From positions 331,948,001-332,012,000 of the forward strand of contig OZ024742.1 of the NCBI GenBank assembly GCA_964016885.1: 64,000 nucleotides of DNA. Reading direction: 5' to 3'. Position numbers and translations under genes: made by a program. Origin of the DNA: Eledone cirrhosa (taxonomy: Eukaryota). Each line of letters starts with the position of its first letter. Position 1 is the first letter of the stretch. This document shows positions 26,443 to 40,090 of this stretch, in pieces. A model generated the notes under the pieces. It saw only the letters and a program-made list of their open reading frames with translations, did not search any database and was not told where the DNA came from.

Positions 26443-28870
26443 TATTACTCTGTTGCAGCCATCCGGCTGCGGCCATGCTGGGTTACCGCCCTTGTTGTAG
26501 CACGTTCTATCGCCAGCGTGTATTGGCTGGTCATTGGTGTAAGAGGGAGTTCGTTGCTGTCGCCCTTAGCTTACCTTCGTACCGTGCAGTTGGCTCATTT
26601 AGGATCCTGGATAGCAGAGTCTCACGATGTTCTTGTAAACATCCACGTGCAGATCACTCAAATGACTTGGCAGAATGTTGAAGAGTTGAGGACCTTTGAA
26701 CCCCAGGCTATTTCAAGTGAAAGACTGGATATTTGGCACCACAGTGTGACATCCTGTTCGGCGGTTGGTCCACCTCTCAATACCAAAGTTTGGTGCTACG
26801 CCCTCCAGGACTTTCCATATGTGTAACACCGCGTATATCTCCCGTCTTCGTTCAAAGGAATAGAGAGTTCTTTTAGTTCTCCCAGTAACTCATCTCCTTC
26901 ATCGTGGCAATCCTCTTTGTGTACCTTCGTTGGAGTGCCTGAAGCTCCGTAGACTCTCAGTCTCTTGTTCGGAATGTCCTCAAGATCCAGCCAGCGTGTC
27001 GTCTGCACAATGTTGTCACCCTCATGATGTGTGAAGAAAAATATGCATCGTCGCTCATATCTATTTTCAGGTCTCGTATCGATTTCGACACGGGAATTTC
27101 GATCCCTCCTGGTCCGGTGTAGCTGTGTTGTACTGTCTTTGTATTAGCAGGTTGGTATTTTAGAGCTTGAAATTGCCCAGCATTAAACTACATGTTGTTG
27201 TCCTCAGCCCATTTGTATATGGCATCCAGATCTTGTAAAAGGGCAGCATCATTCTGGATTTTGATTGCTTGCGCTACCTTTGTGTCATAGCATAGCTAGT
27301 GAGGGATGATGTATGTCCTACAGAGGGCATGTCTGAGAGAAACACCCAAAACAGTAGTGGTATCAAGACTCTGCCCTGGAGCACCCCATTGTTATTAATG
27401 TTTCCTTTGAAGGGGCCCCATTGTCTGCAACTGCCTGGCTTCTGTCTTTTAAGAAATCATGCAACCACTAACATATTTGTCAGTTAAGTCGAGTTTCTAT
27501 AGTTTCTGACGTATCATTCCGTGATCGACCTTGTCAAAGGCCTTCGCAAAGTCAAGATATATCACCTCCACTTTCACCATTTTCAGTTGCTTCATATGTA
27601 CTATCAGTGTGTCACAGACTAAGTTGGAATGTCTCAACAATACAATGGGTGTGACATCATCACGGTTTTACAGGGCAACACCACCACCATGAGTTATATC
27701 CTTCCTGTCTGAACAAAATATAGTATACTTTGGTTATATGTATTTCTGCATCTGCTATACCTCTTGTCAAGTGCGTTTCAGTTAGTGCCATGCATATTGC
27801 TTGATTGCTCATGGCTAAGTCTATCAGGTAGGGAATATTATTCATGTTGGTGAGTTTCACCAGGCCTCTGACATTCAACATCATCACAAGTGTGACATTT
27901 GGTTTGTCAGCAATAGCTGTCGGTGTGGCAGCTGGGCTGGTGTCTGAGGAGGCCAACTTGGGTCCCTTGACCTCGTGGTCTCGAGAGCTGGTGTGAGTGA
28001 GCCTGGTTCTGAAAACGATGTAGCCATGTCAGTTCTCCCACACACCTCTCCGCCTTTTCTAAAAAAGTATTTTGCTTGCCTCCTCCTCTTTGTTTGGGCA
28101 GCGATCGCAATATCATCATACTTCTGGGGTAGCTTATCGGTTCTGATTTTGGCTAGTTTATTTTAGATGCGTAGGTTGGGCGCAGTTCACCTGGGACCTG
28201 AGGTGTAGCGAAGCTACAACTTGTCCCTGTTTCATCCTTCCAACAGATTCCGTTCATGAAGAACTTGCATGTTACCTGGGTTTATTTTCTCCCAGCATCT
28301 TGGTGCCTCTGTTCTTCCCTTAGACAGTTGTCCACTGGTCCCTTTCTGCTCGGATGCGTTCTTTCGGCTGGTGGTTCCTCGTTTCACCTTTACCGCATAC
28401 CTATTGTTCGCCCATCCTCCCTGCTTTTACTGTGGCGGCGCACATCTCATGTCCTGTTGTTCTCAGATACTTTTGTCTCCGTAGGCCATTTGTGATCAGT
28501 GATTATATTTTCTTCCTTTTCAATTTCTCTATCTTCTTCCCCCTTGAGGACACAGGTTAGCAAAGCCATGTGTGGGTCTATGAGGGCATAGGCCCTCTGA
28601 ATTTCACTCATACTCTTCCTCTCTATTTGCACCAAAGTCATCAGGAAGCCATGGATCATCAAGGTCACCCCAATTATTTTAGTAGGCGCCGACCCATCAG
28701 CCAGACCCATCCTTTGATCATCACCTCCAGTTCTCTCTTTGTCCAATTTCGTTGGCTTCTATTTACATTTCCTCCTTGCATTTTGCTGTAAAGGACAGAG
28801 AGAAAGAGAACGGGGAGGCAAGGGAGAAGTTTAAAGTGAGAGAGCGGGGGAGCTAGTGACAAGAGAGAGA
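26443..28870 (-). mobile_element. CR1/L2-group LINE, internally deleted and degenerate
   Basis: Minus strand shows a Cys-rich ORF1 remnant (CKFFMNGIC...C), APE start (LNVRGL...ALTETHL), VIYLDFAKAFDKVDHG, GAPGQS/GVPQGS-like and YA-DTK remnants, and C-terminal PNEP...NSLLHQ*. Confidence 0.75.
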
Positions 28871-29091
28871 CAGCGTGAAAGTAAACCACCAACAGTGAGA
28901 GTTATACATATAGGTATATATATATATATATATATATACGTATATATATATATGAAAATAGAGAAATTAATGTGAGCAAGAAGCCAACAGTAATTCATAC
29001 ATATAATATATATATATATATATACGTATATATATAGCAGTATATACAAATATATGTGTACATGTGTGGTGTGTGTGTGTGTGTGTGTGTA

Positions 29092-29183
<92 letters not shown>

Positions 29184-29442
29184 TGTGCGTATGTGTATGT
29201 ATGCTTGTGTTTGTAATACCCTAACATGTGCGTTACCACTTGTTCAGATTTCCTCTCCAATTCACAGAATTTTCCCCAAAACCTGGTTGATTTTTAAAAG
29301 AATTATTTACTGCCGTTACGTGGTTGACAGTTGTAAGGATAGGAAATATATTTTTAGCTCCGATATCGTTATAATTGCTGATATTATTGCCATTATTATT
29401 ACTGTTATTATCATTACTGTTGTTATCATCATCATCATCATG

Positions 29443-29480
<38 letters not shown>

Positions 29481-29975
29481 CGTCATCATAGAGAATATCT
29501 GAAATTGCAAAGGACGTCTGTGACTGGCCATAAGGAATGATTGAGAAATCAGGCGAAAATATAATTTAATCGACCACCGAAGAAAGCGATAGAAGAATTT
29601 ACGTCTGTGAGAAATTGCGAATAATCTGGAAGCTTTTTCGCTCAACTGACCTCCGGCCAACTTTTACTACTGGCAATGGCTTTCAGTCAGTTCTATCTTT
29701 TGCATTTCATTTGTTTTCATGTCTTTCTTCTCTTTCATTGAGTTTAACATTCCATTGTTTCCTAAAGCCTTTATTTCCTTTATTTAACACTCTTTCTTTC
29801 TGACTAAATCTCTATCTTCTTATCAATCTATCAGTCTTACTTCTTCCAATTATATCTAGACCAATGCCTCCCAAACACCACTCTCTCGCCCCTTCTCTAT
29901 CTCCATCTATCTATCTAACAATTCAAAAGTTTCATTCAAACTAGTCTGTGTTTAAATACACATCTACTGATCTAA

Positions 29976-30016
<41 letters not shown>

Positions 30017-30211
30017 CTGTGTGTGTATAAATGTTCGTGGGTGCGTGTGTTTGTGTGTATGTGTGCGTGCGTGCGTGTAAATTTACAAACACGTACTGAT
30101 GTCTGCCTATATTTATCATTCTGTCTGACTTGCTCACCGATTACTTTTCTATTAATTAATCTCACTCACTTTATAGTTCTCTCTCCCTCTCTACCTCTCC
30201 CTCTATCTCTG

Positions 30212-30266
<55 letters not shown>

Positions 30267-30668
30267 CCTTCTCTCGCATATAACACTTTCTTTGCATACA
30301 AATAAAAATATAAAAATGTACACGGATAAACATATGGATATATATACAGATGCCGGTGCCTGAATGTGTGTATATATAAGTAAATGAATGCCTCTAAGTG
30401 AACATATTTGTGTATATTACTATAACATATTCGGTTTCGTTGAAAGTATCCCACACTTTACGTCGTTTTCTCTTAGTCGTTTTCCAAAGATATCTATCAA
30501 TCTATATATCTATCAATCTATTTGTCTATATATTCAACTACGTATGTATCCAACAATCTGTATCTCAATGGTTGCTCTTTTGGTTGTTAGTGCCCTACTT
30601 TTCCAAGTCAATTATAAGATTATATCCCAGCTTACTTAATCTGTTTACCGGTAAATCATACACACATA

Positions 30669-30722
<54 letters not shown>

Positions 30723-30723
30723 G

Positions 30724-30807
<84 letters not shown>

Positions 30808-30959
30808 CATATATATATACAGGGAGTGTGACTTTGAGTTACTGTAGGTTCACCCGGGTGAGCACTCGATGTTTAGGTTCACTTCAGTGTCGAGATGTCA
30901 AGCTAGACAGAGTGTATTATAGTATTTTTTAATTTTTTTTTTTCTATTAAAATTACAAG

Positions 30960-31046
30960 TGGTCTGACGTGCCGCGGATTACAGATTCGGGTCAGATCGA
31001 TACAGATCGAACATTTAGCTGATCAGTGGCGAAACGCGCGTCACCA
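30960..31046 (+). ncRNA. Type I hammerhead ribozyme (A9>T variant)
   Basis: TGGT-CTGACGT-GCCGC...GTGGC-GAAA-CGCGCG-TC-ACCA, followed by AATAAA. It lies in a ~280-bp module bounded by (AT)n. Confidence 0.75.
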
Positions 31047-31224
31047 ACCAATAAACGTAATGAAGGAGTAACCACTCGTCCTTGTTATCTTATTTCATAT
31101 ATATATTATAATTGAGTGGCTGCCATTTGCAGTATAGCAATATAAGGTTGGACTTACCAATGAAACGGTCGTAAATACCTGGATAAAATTCTTCTCTTAA
31201 TGCTTACCTGTGTTTTCTCTTTTA

Positions 31225-31263
<39 letters not shown>

Positions 31264-31471
31264 TAAACGGAATAGAAAATGCTGACAAATTGTTCACAGT
31301 GAAAAATAGTTTAATTAGGAATAAGTGATAATTAGTAATAGTATTGTTTAGTATTAAGTTTTGGTTTTAAGTTTTACCGGTTGCGCATTTCTAATGCTTT
31401 TCAAAAATAGTTTTGAGATAGAGCGCCCGTGATGTTTGCTCTGATCTGATTAGTTTTGGGAATTCTACCTG

Positions 31472-32081
31472 GGAATTGCATGCCTTACTTATTAATTCGC
31501 TTTTATGTACTTTAGAGATACCGTAGAAAGGGCTGGATTTACTTGTGAAGTCTGTGATGAAGCTGAATTCCTTGTTAGTGAGTCCTTCTTTGTATTGGTT
31601 GATTAGAGTTTTTAGGTTTCTCATAATTTTCTGTTGATTGTAGTGTTCAGCCTTTTCGTAGTATGTTTCGTTTTCCAAAGTGGAGAGCGCTAAGTTGATA
31701 TAGAATTCTGTCTCCATTAGGACTACTGTACTCCCTTTATCAGCCTCTTTAATTGTAATGGTTCTGTCGGTTTTTAATCTATTTAATTCTTCCCATTTTT
31801 TCTTGTTGAGGTTTGGCTTGTGTTTTTGTCTGTGCAAGTGTTGGTAAGGGAAGTTTGTGATGTGTTCACAGAATTCGTCCAGGATTTTATTCCTGCCTTT
31901 TGATGGGGTGTAATTGCTTCTATTTCTGGCTAATGATTCATCCTCATTGTACTGGTCGAATAGTTGTTCACTGAGTCGTAACTTTCTACAGAAGTCTGTG
32001 ATGTCTTCCTTCATTTCATAGTAGTTAGGACGTAGTGGGGTCGGTGTGAATTTAAGACCTTTGGAGAGTAAGTTGATAAGG
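31472..32081 (-). pseudogene. PLE ORF fragment N-terminal to RT (different family from the 8-14 kb element)
   Basis: LLSKGLKFTPTP, PNL...L..L, ITIKEADKGSTVVLM, FYGISKVHKS. Confidence 0.8.
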
Positions 32082-32381
32082 TTTAAAGATAATGCCACCC
32101 ACACCCAGCGCATCAGCAAGGAATTTTACTTTATTAACAAATACGGACCCCGTCTAAACACTTCTCCCTAAGACGAACCCACAACATACACACGTCAACA
32201 TACATACCTACATCAGCATACATCTTTACCCACATATAAACACAATGACATACGTAAACACACATGTTCCATGGTGCAACACAAATATATACAAATGTGC
32301 ATACCTTTTATGTCTATAGACATAAACGTACCGACACACACACATACATAAATGCACACATGCATTGCACACTGTTGGGCA

Positions 32382-32660
32382 CATACATATTTGTGCACAG
32401 GTATTCCAATACGGCAAGGCCTAATGAATTCCCCTTGCAGTACGTACAATCTGGACACACTCCAGATACATATTTGTGCACAGGTATACAATTTCTGGAC
32501 ACACTACAGATACATGTGTACAATTTGTGCACAGGTATACAATTTGTGCACGGATATACAATTTCAGGACACACTCCAGATACATATTTGTGCACAGGTA
32601 TTCCGATACGGCAAGGCCTAATGGATCCCCCTTGCAGTACGTACAATCTGGACACACTCA
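32382..32660 (+). repeat. Complex tandem repeat: two ~80-bp units separated by atttgtgcacaggtataca subrepeats
   Basis: atacatatttgtgcacaggtattcc...gtacgtacaatctggacacactc occurs twice. A further ~75-bp duplication lies at 32925-33000 / 33046-33120. Confidence 0.8.
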
Positions 32661-32871
32661 CACACACCTTGGTATTATGCCAATACTATATATCATTTCA
32701 CACCTTTTATTATTAAGGTTTTTGATGTTCTATTGAAAGAATCGATTTTACTGAAAATATCGAATAATGTACACCATTTTAAAAGAAATAAATACTGATC
32801 CACCCACACACACATTATCTCACACACACACATATATATATATATACACATACACACGCGTACATTAACAC

Positions 32872-32921
<50 letters not shown>

Positions 32922-33156
32922 ACACTTCTCCGTATAAGACAAGAGCTGAAAAAATATCTTTTAACATGTTAAATTATCCCCCACACACTTACAGACACAC
33001 TAACATACAAACACACACACACACACACATACACACACACACACACTTCTCCGTATAAGACAAGAGCTGAAAAAATATCTTTTAACATGTTAAAATATCC
33101 CCCACACACTTACAGACACATTCCAACTGACCATCCCTCTACCACGAATTACTCTG

Positions 33157-33216
<60 letters not shown>

Positions 33217-33764
33217 ACACTTGTCTTAATAGGCATTTGAACTGTCAACAGGCTTCGATTCGCACACACATCTCTGCTGACCATTATCAAAACAACGAAC
33301 CTCTTTACTACTACTACTACACACACACACACACATATTTGTTGTGAAAGACTTATCTCTCAGTCAGCCAACGCAAACCTAGCGCAACATCAATTTTTAA
33401 CATTCACATGACCTCTACCGACCAATCAAAATTGTTTTGACCACAATAATTTTTGCAACACGAATTGGCGCAAAACTTATTTTAATACCGCTGGAGCCAC
33501 TTTTTTTAACATAAAAACAGGTAGAATTCCCAAAACTAATCAGATCAGAGCAAACATCACGGGCGCTCTATCTCAAAATTATTTTTGAAAAGCATTTGAA
33601 ATGCGCAACCGGTAAAACTTAAAACCAAAACATAATACTAACCAATACTATTACTAATTATCACTTATTCCTAATTAAACTATTTTTCACTGTGAACAAT
33701 TTGTCAGCATTTTCTATTCCGTTTACCAATATATCATAACTTGTGTGTTACACCTCTATTCTTT

Positions 33765-33850
<86 letters not shown>

Positions 33851-33854
<4 letters not shown>

Positions 33855-34032
33855 TACTTGGGGAGGCTCATATTTGTGTAATATTGCCAGAATTAATAAC
33901 AGAACACACTCACTGTTTGGTTGGTTTTCGCTTCTGTGTCTTTTATATCGGTAATATAATTGTTTCGGTCCTCAATGTTGCCATTGACTGACCAACGGTC
34001 AAAAATAATATATATATATACAGATACAATAT
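33851..34032 (-). mobile_element. Solo 3'-terminal ~180 bp of the 8-14 kb PLE, inserted in (AT)n
   Basis: gttatacttggggagg...tcctcaatgttgccattgactgacc...cagatacaatata matches 8028-8203. Confidence 0.9.
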
Positions 34033-34254
34033 ACTATATATATATATATATATATATATATTAAGGTTTGTTGGTTCACCACTGTATAGAATTGGTCATT
34101 CCGTATGGTAAATCCTGGTGTAATATTGTGAAGAGTACTCAACGCAGTGCAGTTCACGCATCTTCATTTGTGTAGTTGGGTGGTGCGAATACGGAGTTAA
34201 TTATAAATGAAATAACAGGAGGCTGGACTGGTGTAAATCCTTGAAAGGTTTATT

Positions 34255-34311
34255 ATACTATGATCATTTCAATGACCGGGTTCCATATGGATCCGTGATA
34301 TCATCAGGTAT
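34255..34311 (-). ncRNA. Type I hammerhead ribozyme
   Basis: Reverse complement reads ATAC-CTGATGA-tatcacggatccatatggaacccggtcatt-GAAA-TGATCA-TA-GTAT. Confidence 0.78.
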
Positions 34312-35097
34312 TGGAATATAACAAAGGAAAATGTAAAAAGCCATGGGTCCGAGAAACCAGAGACAGAGAGGTCGGCTGACCAAATAGCTTCACAGCCAGC
34401 CGCACTCAACGTGTTGGCAACCGAAAACTACCAGTGAATATCTGGTAAGGGGGCGCAGGCCTATCATGTACAACCACCACTCCGTCAAAGAAGAAGGGGA
34501 AGATTGAAAGAAAGGGAGAAAGAAGTGTAGTGTAAGTGTCAAACTACATTCATGTTAGAAAATGCCGCGAAAAAAATGCTAACCAAAGAATCTATAGTGG
34601 GTGTCTGTATGGTCTAAAGTGTGAACCGAAAATTGGAACGCTAAATTGATGTTGTGAGTTATAGCATAATAGTTGTGTCCAAACCTGGAGTTTGTAGGTA
34701 CAGGTATAATTAGGCGGCCAAAACAGGCGGCGCGGTGGGACTGGGGCAGAGCAAGCCACTCTGAGTAATTTCATTTACCGAAAGAGGAGAAATTTATTTT
34801 TCCGAGCACTCAAGCAAGGCTGAACTTTCCGAGTGCCCAGCGCGCAGCCGGAAAAAAGCCACCATACAAGTCAAACAATGAAAAGTGCAAATAGATCAAA
34901 ATTATTTTTAATTATTTTAAAATCCCAGTTAGTCCGGGTTATAGGTAGTGTGGTTCTTGGGTGGGTAGGGGGCTATGAAGGTGCATAATGACCTGAGTAA
35001 GGAAAAGTTACAAAAAAATACCAATACATTGATAAAAATACATTAATAAAATAATAGAAAATAATAAAATATACATTAATGAGATAGTAGAACAATT

Positions 35098-35280
35098 AAT
35101 TGTTTCTACTTTTGGCACAAGGCCAGCAATTATCCAGTACATTACTGGTACTTTATTTTATCGACCCCGTAAGGATGAAAGGCAAAGTCAACCTCGGCGG
35201 GATTTGAACACAGACCGTAAAGGGACGTAACTATGCTGGAAAGCATGGCGTCCGACTCTCTACTGATACTGCCAATCCAC
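35098..35280 (-). mobile_element. tRNA-derived SINE, full length
   Basis: Near-identical to 15501-15677. Confidence 0.8.
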
Positions 35281-36500
35281 AAGGTAAATAAGAGTCAATA
35301 TAGATCAAGTTGTAGTAAGATAATATAAGTTGTACATATAGATACAGATATAGAGGATAGAAGAGATGGAATGGTAACAGATTGTACCTAGTGTAAAGTT
35401 CGGGTTCCGAATTCAGTGCGAGTCACAAAAAGTCCTGAGGTATAGAGTAGAGAATACAGTCAATACAATACAAGTTTTAGTATAATATGTAGAGTTTTGT
35501 GTCTATTTGCACTTTTCATTGTTTGACTTGTGTGGTGGCATTTTGCCGGCTGCGCGCTTGGGACTCGGAAAGTTCAGCCTTCCTTGAGTGCTCGGAAAAA
35601 TAAATTTCTCCTCTTTCGGTAAATGAAATTACTCGGAGTGGCTTGCTCTGCCCCAATCCCACCGCGCCGCCTGTTTTGGCCGCTTAATTATACCTGTACC
35701 TACAAACTCCAGGTTTGGGCACAGCTATTAGCTGTATACTGCCTCTATTGACACGTAAATAAACCCCTAATGTGTGATTTAATAGTATTCGTGGTATAAG
35801 CATGGCCTGTCGAAATTGTGGGTTCCCGCTAGCGATCCCGGAGGCAAAGTTAGCTACGTTCCTAGAGTACTCGGAAAAAATAATTTCTATTTCTTTCGCT
35901 GGACGATACCACTCGAGACTGTCTGACTCGTGGTGGTGGGTGTGCTGGCTGGATCTCCCAATCGAAATCTTTACTCTATATCCCATCCTAATATCTTATC
36001 GAGTTAAATAAAAAAATTTTTTTTTGATATAAGACTCTCTCCGTAAGTTCGTTAAATAAATAAATCTCGCTACCTCTATTTTTCAATTTACCATTTTGCA
36101 ATATAATATTTTTAATTTAATTTATTTCATCCTATAACTCGCAACATAAGTTTAGCGTTCCAATCTTCGGTTCACACATTAGACCATACAGACACCCACT
36201 ATAGATTCTTTGCGTAGCATTTTTTTCGCGGCATTTTCTAACATGAATGTAGTTTGACACTTACACTACACTTATTTCTCCCTTTCTTTCTTTCTTCCCC
36301 TTCTTTTTGACGGAGTGGTGGTTGTACATGATAGGCCTGCGCCCCCTTACCAGATATTCACTGGTAGTTTTTTGGTTGCCAACCCTTTGAGGGCGGTTGG
36401 CTGTGAGGCTAGTTGGTCAGCCGCCCTCTCTGTCTCTGGTTTCTCGGACCCATGGTTTTTTGGACCCATGGCTTTTTACATATTCCTTTATTATATTCCA

Positions 36501-36558
36501 ATACCTGATGATATCACCGGATCCATATGGAACCCGGTCATTGAAATGATCATAGTGT
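36501..36558 (+). ncRNA. Type I hammerhead ribozyme
   Basis: ATAC-CTGATGA-tatc-ACCGG-a-TCCA-ta-TGGA-ac-CCGGT-catt-GAAA-TGATCA-TA-GTGT, immediately followed by AATAAA. Confidence 0.8.
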
Positions 36559-36611
36559 AATAAACCTTTCAAGGATTTACACCAGTCCAGCCTCCTGTTA
36601 TTTCATTTATA

Positions 36612-36642
<31 letters not shown>

Positions 36643-37275
36643 TTATTTATTATTTATTTGTAAATATAACCAAGAAAAGGTGGAGGCAGATATTCATTGC
36701 GAGGTTCATAGAGAGTCTGACAAAAGAACATTGACCAACGAATGAATAACGAACAATTAATCTAAAGACAAAGTGGAAAGTATATGTTGCTCTTGTTTAT
36801 TTCTATTGGCAATATTGGCAACATGATCATCTCTAGATATAACAATGTGTGTATATATATATATAAATACATATATATTTATCTATATATGTATGTCTAT
36901 ATATGCACACATATATACATGTAAATATATATATATACTAATATATACTATTTCTCATTCTACGGTCGTTGTTCTAGGAAAGATGAAAAAGATGCAGTGC
37001 AGTGTTACGGACCAAAGATACGTGGTTATCTAATTAAGTTGAAGATCCGCCTGAACGGATAACAGGCGATCGAATTCCTACCTAATGTTTTCTACTTATA
37101 GCAACGATGGATTGGGAAGCCGATAACAACCAATCAATCAATAACAACTCCAATACAAATGTGACATTAATAAGAAAGTGTTTCGTACGCACCAATACAT
37201 ATGTCACCCCATTTATTGGAAACATTATATTACTGATTTATAAAGAGATAGTTCTCACGTTTTACTTTTCTACAA

Positions 37276-37313
<38 letters not shown>

Positions 37314-38329
37314 GTGTGTGCGTGTGTGTGTAACACACATATATTACACAGACACACATACCCACAAACATATATATATATATATATATGTGTGTGCGTG
37401 TGTGTGTGTGTGTGTGTGTGCGTGTGTGTGTATGTGTATTGATATATATATATACACATATATATGTGGGGGTGTATGTGTGTGCCTGTAGGTGTGCATA
37501 CGTACATATGTAGGTTAGTACGTACATACACATGCACACACACATACATTCATAAATAAATACAAACATACATTTATACATACATACATATATTCATACA
37601 TATATACACGTATACTCGATGATTTTCCTTCCCAATACTTAAGCGAACAACATAATATAGAAATGGAAAATTATTCAGAACATTATTATTCTAAGCTTCA
37701 GGTAACCACGATTCTTACCCTCTCCTTCCTTAACTTAATGTGAAATTTCCCCTTCATTTTCAGAAATATCACTATAATGTTAAAATAACACCAGCTATGC
37801 ACAGTCCTATCCTTTACGATTAGTTCTGTTTGGGTTTTGCTTTCGCTTCATATATTGTTTTTTCTTTCTTTCAATATATGTGGTTTCTGTGATATCTTTG
37901 TTTGTTGTTATTATGGAAGTGCTGACGTTGTTGATTGTGAATTTGTTAACCTTGTGGAATTTATATTTCTCCTGCTCTCCTTATATATGGGCATGGTTTC
38001 TTCTGGTTTGCTGTTCTGTCCACGGATTTTCTTTCACGAGAGAGTCTACCAATGGACATTGATGTTTCTCTCGACACCGAACATGTTCGAGAATTCCAGT
38101 CAGAAGAGGTATATATTGGGGTGTTGCTTGGCAAGGGTGATTGGTTGGGGCTGGTGATGTTGCTTTTATTGACGATGCTGTTTCCATTATACAGTTCCTA
38201 ACATTGTATGCAGTTTATGTGGTTGTTTGCTGTTTGTGATGTAACTTACGTAATAGTTACTGCTTTCTCTCCCTCATAAACAGATATATAATTGTGGAAT
38301 CTTTCCACATGGGCATTACAAGGAGGGGG

Positions 38330-39470
38330 AATTATTGAGCACAAGCAGCAAATCAAATAACTACGGATAAATATCGGGCCAACATAGATTTTTCTGACGG
38401 AGGTGTTGGCAGCAACGGAAAGAAAAAAGAACTCTCACAATGAGATGAAATGACATCGAGTCCAATAAGCTGAAGCTACCCAACCATCCCATGTAGAAGT
38501 GCTGAAGAGATTCATGCTGGACATCCATCACGTGACAAGGGCCAAGAAGTTTGGAAGCAACTCAATCCACATCAAAAGGGAAGCCCTTGCAAAGAAGTAC
38601 TCTGTGGTCACCTGTAAAATGAATCAATTTATTTTGTTTCCGTTTGACATGGAATGAAGGGCAATAAAAATATGTATTGTTGATATTCCACCAGAAAGAG
38701 TCATCGGGTGGATCATAGCATGCATCGCCCTAGAGAGAAACGCTCCTGGATGTAGATGGGATCCAAAGGGAGAACTGGTCAGGGATCAGGCTAGAGATAC
38801 ATCACCAGATCACACCAGAGAATATTTCTTCCGGAAGTGGGAAGCTACGTGTCATCACTGAGGCTTAATAACCCCTCAACAAAAGACGCATAACCACAAG
38901 ATTCCTTTGCTGTTAACACCAGCACCTCAACAAGAAAAGCAACAACAGCGAATAAAAGATGCGGCCCGAACAGCACTATCAGCAGTAGCAACTACAGAAA
39001 CAAGATAAACAACATCAATTGAACTACTACCTACAAGAGACTCCAACGAAACCATCCAGGGAGTCCGTCAAGACAGCTCTTCCTCTCACTCTCTTCCCTC
39101 TTACTCTTTCTCAGTCTCCTCTAAACTCAAAGGCTTACTTAGAGACCCTCACTAAAAAAAAACACATACCCACTACCATCTGATACAGATTCCACAGACA
39201 CTAGGACATCCTCGTACCGAAGTGAAAATAAATGGGAACAGCAACTTTCCGTAGAAAACGAAAACACAAAACAAAAACATCTAGCATCATACCAACAAAC
39301 AACAGAAAGCGGGGAAACAACATTCACACACAACTAATAAAGACACATCCAAACAATACTAACACCATATCCACCATCAATACTACTTAAATAGCAACAC
39401 AACAAACCACATACAGCGACACAGAGATTCCAAACTTCTTGCTAGTAAAATTTCCGATTTAGCACGAAAT
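38330..39470 (+). pseudogene. Possible old, degenerate L1/Tx1 ORF1 relic
   Basis: HVTRAKKFGS and GWIIACIAL in translation echo HITRGKKYAT and SWLAASVL of the Tx1 ORF1; an A/C-rich tail follows. Confidence 0.35.
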
Positions 39471-39524
39471 AAATGGATTGAGAAACAGATAGAAATGTTT
39501 GGCATCAGCACATTTAAAATACAT

Positions 39525-39742
<218 letters not shown>

Positions 39743-40090
39743 TCCTACTAGTTCCTACAATAATACAATGCCAACAACTTAGAGGATGGGAAAAATCAAT
39801 TACAGCGATTCATGCACTTGACAAGTACATTTTTATTGACCTCGGAAAGACAAAAGTTGTTGTTGGCCTTGTGATTTGAACACAGAAACGAAATAACAGT
39901 AAAATATACTGCTAAGCATTTATCTGAAGCACTGACAAATACTAAATAGCATTGATAAATACATTTGATGTGTAATTTCCGCTCATAAATCATGGTCAAT
40001 TCATAATATCGTTATGCATTATATTAGAGTGGTAAACAACGAAATAGTTCTATAATTATCTAAAATGTATTTATTAGTATTATTATTATT

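Larger units (their letters stand above)
31258..33732. mobile_element. Rearranged fold-back PLE remnant with ~214-bp terminal inverted repeats
   Basis: 31258-31471 is the reverse complement of 33519-33732. A minus-strand PLE fragment lies at 31472-32081 and a plus-strand GIY-YIG C-terminus at about 32082-32171. Confidence 0.8.
34202..36611. mobile_element. Non-coding 2.4-kb inverted-repeat element with an outward-facing hammerhead at each end
   Basis: 34202-34901 is the reverse complement of 35495-36611, and the right arm has about 400 extra bp (35734-36132). A SINE sits in the spacer and the right end abuts (AT)n. Confidence 0.85.

Noticed and set aside
32382-32660. CRISPR-like repeat array
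   Set aside because: The intervening segments are themselves repeated and irregular, the context is eukaryotic, and no cas genes are present.
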